A stretch of DNA of 63,541 nt from a virus. The translations under genes were made by a program, and so were the position numbers. Of this stretch, positions 62,200-63,541 are shown in pieces; within the stretch, counting starts at the first letter, position 1; each line of letters starts with the position of its first letter. The notes under the pieces are model-generated. The model worked only from the letters and a program-made list of their open reading frames with translations, searched no databases and was not told the origin of the DNA. Location: the IMG/VR virus record IMGVR_UViG_3300045391_003833, positions 1-63,541 of that record; one strand, 5' to 3'.

Positions 62200-62467
62200 A
62201 GAACCAATTCACCTAACTACTATCCCAGACTCTATTCCACCTAATGAAAAGCTTGTAGAAGGATTGAGAGGTCTGCTTAAAGAAGCAGAAGAAGGTAAGT
62301 TGCGTTCTTTTGTAGGAGCTGGGAATTATAACACCGGTGATATTTATAGGATGGGACTTATTGACCAAAAAATGAAGGTTGGATTCTTTGGTATTATGGG
62401 CGCTCTTCACAGCCTTGCAAATTGCATACATGCAGAATATTTTAGTGATGACTTTACTACTAGGTAA
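62183..62467 (+). CDS. hypothetical protein (94 aa; start uncertain)
   Basis: ORF track 62132..62467, trimmed to reduce overlap. Confidence 0.4.
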   Translation: MTMSLKEPIHLTTIPDSIPPNEKLVEGLRGLLKEAEEGKLRSFVGAGNYNTGDIYRMGLIDQKMKVGFFGIMGALHSLANCIHAEYFSDDFTTR

Positions 62468-62642
62468 TAACTTTCTTATCCTGGATCTTCCCACACTTCC
62501 CACACTCACGTCTTCTACGCTCTTCTTTGTAATGAACCTTTCTGTCTTTGGCCTTGCAGTGAAATAGAGAACCAAAATAAATTAGGTCATGCTTAACGCC
62601 ATATCCAACCCAATCACCCCAATTATGAAAACACAAACACAT
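62460..62642 (-). CDS. small zinc-ribbon-like protein (60 aa) on the minus strand
   Basis: SD AGGAG lies 8 nt upstream of the ATG on the reverse complement. C-terminal ECGKCGK. Confidence 0.5.
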   Translation of the reverse strand: MCLCFHNWGDWVGYGVKHDLIYFGSLFHCKAKDRKVHYKEERRRRECGKCGKIQDKKVIT

Positions 62643-62832
62643 CCAACTCGCTCCTATCTATATCAGATTAATAACTATTTTTTGTGGATTGAGTATTAAA
62701 GCGGGGGGTCCGCCCATTCGCGTCTATTTTTATTATGGCTGCATTTTTCTTGTTGCTTAGCCATGTTTACACTCCATACAGAATAAGTCACAATACCAAC
62801 AATTAGTTGGGAACGGTTACTGCATACGGATA

Positions 62833-63541
62833 GTGTATATACCCGAAATTATAATTGCAAACGAAATTGCGACCGAAAGGGAGTGGATTACGGAATACCT
62901 TAGTCGATTGAAGGCTGAGGAGTCATTCTATGAGTTTGTAAAACAGGCATGGGAGTATGTAGAAGGTCCGAAGAGGCCATATTCTGACAATTGGCACATG
63001 AAGGCATTGTGCGATCATCTTCAAGCGATATATGAGGGTGATCTAAAGTGTCTTTTGATTAATCTGCCTCCTCGTTGTTCTAAGTCCCTTGTGATGTGTG
63101 TCTTTTTCCCGGCTTGGGTATTTCTCAAAGCTCCTCATTTGCGTATCTATTGTTCTTCTCATTCGAGATCGCTTTCTTTGCGAGACTCTATTAGATGTAG
63201 GGCTCTTATTGGGTCAGATTGGTATCAGGCGCGGTGGGGAGATAGGTTCTTTATAAAGAAGAACATTGATAGCCAGATTAAGTTTGAGACAAATGCGGGG
63301 GGATTCAGAGAGTGTACATCGGTAAAGTCTAAGACAACAGGTAACGAAGGTGACATATTACTTTTGGATGATCCAAATAATGCTATCGATGCTGAATCCG
63401 ATGTTAAACGAAATAGCATCAATGAATCTTATGCCGCAGGCTGGAGTAATAGGTTAACTAGCTATGATACTGGGCGTTCTGTGGTCGCTCAACAAAGAAC
63501 TCATCAAATGGATGTGTCTGGGTATATTTTGGAAAACGATC
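62833..63541 (+). CDS. terL: Terminase large subunit, N-terminal ATPase part (runs off the window end and continues at 1..992; about 543 aa in total)
   Basis: Open frame from the TAG at 62758-62760. The GTG at 62833 is the first conventional start, with a weak SD. Walker A-like LPPRCSKS and Walker B ILLLDDP. 640 nt + 992 nt = 1632 nt, which is in frame. Confidence 0.85.
   Translation, partial: MYIPEIIIANEIATEREWITEYLSRLKAEESFYEFVKQAWEYVEGPKRPYSDNWHMKALCDHLQAIYEGDLKCLLINLPPRCSKSLVMCVFFPAWVFLKAPHLRIYCSSHSRSLSLRDSIRCRALIGSDWYQARWGDRFFIKKNIDSQIKFETNAGGFRECTSVKSKTTGNEGDILLLDDPNNAIDAESDVKRNSINESYAAGWSNRLTSYDTGRSVVAQQRTHQMDVSGYILEND
63473..63541. repeat. Second copy of the 69-bp terminal overlap
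   Basis: Identical to 1-69. Confidence 0.95.

Noticed and set aside
62701-62735. GC-rich gcggggggtccgccc followed by a T-rich tract, as a terminator or pac signal upstream of terL
   Set aside because: Only a 4-bp stem (GCGG/CCGC) can form, so it is too weak to call.
1-63541. Diversity-generating retroelement or retron. The tail-fibre repeats, the BPP-1-like capsid/cement arrangement and the large ncRNA-like region prompted a look
   Set aside because: No reverse-transcriptase motif (YxDD) appears in any ORF. I could find no template/variable repeat pair involving the fibre gene 3' ends.

Overview
The window is one complete dsDNA phage genome. Bases 1-69 are identical to 63473-63541, so the unit length is 63,472 bp, either circular or terminally redundant, and the large terminase gene is split across the window junction. 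The sequence is AT-rich, about 40% GC by eye, and almost all genes are on the + strand with start/stop overlaps.

Modules:
- 62.8 kb wrapping to 1.0 kb: terL.
- 1-10.9 kb: a roughly 10 kb cargo block between terL and the portal gene. It holds a promoter-driven ORF-free structured region of about 530 nt, a T4 Rnl1-type RNA ligase operon, two signal-peptide beta-barrel outer-membrane proteins with their own sigma70 promoter, a Pro/Ser-rich coiled-coil protein, and a lysine-rich H1-like protein translationally coupled to a patatin phospholipase.
- 10.9-37.6 kb: podovirus-like morphogenesis module (842-aa portal, GroES-like protein, scaffold, HK97-type capsid, fibre and LamG proteins, a run of large Gly/Gln-rich internal virion proteins, 794-aa fibre). 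No sheath, tube or tape-measure gene is recognisable.
- 37.6 kb: a CsrA homologue at the end of the late operon.
- 38.2-41.4 kb: MarR-like regulator, VRR-NUC nuclease, SLT-type lysozyme, AAA_24/Sak4-like ATPase.
- 41.4-62.6 kb: early region with a lambda O/P-like replication module, a candidate iteron origin inside the initiator gene, DUF669, SPFH and PnuC-like proteins, three tRNAs (Pro-UGG antisense, Tyr-GUA, Asn-GUU) and many small ORFs, including a six-member paralogue family.

Seven + strand promoters share TTGACA-17 bp-(C/T)A(T/C)ACT-type hexamers; in six of them a conserved ACGTATGTA element lies in the spacer, and the seventh (59951) carries the core only within its inverted repeat.

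I recognise no DNA polymerase, integrase or CI-type repressor.

The host is unknown. The cargo (OMPs, patatin, CsrA, H1-like tails) suggests an AT-rich Gram-negative host, possibly intracellular and Legionellales-like, but that is inference only.

All protein family calls rest on motifs I read and remembered reference sequences. No database search was run.
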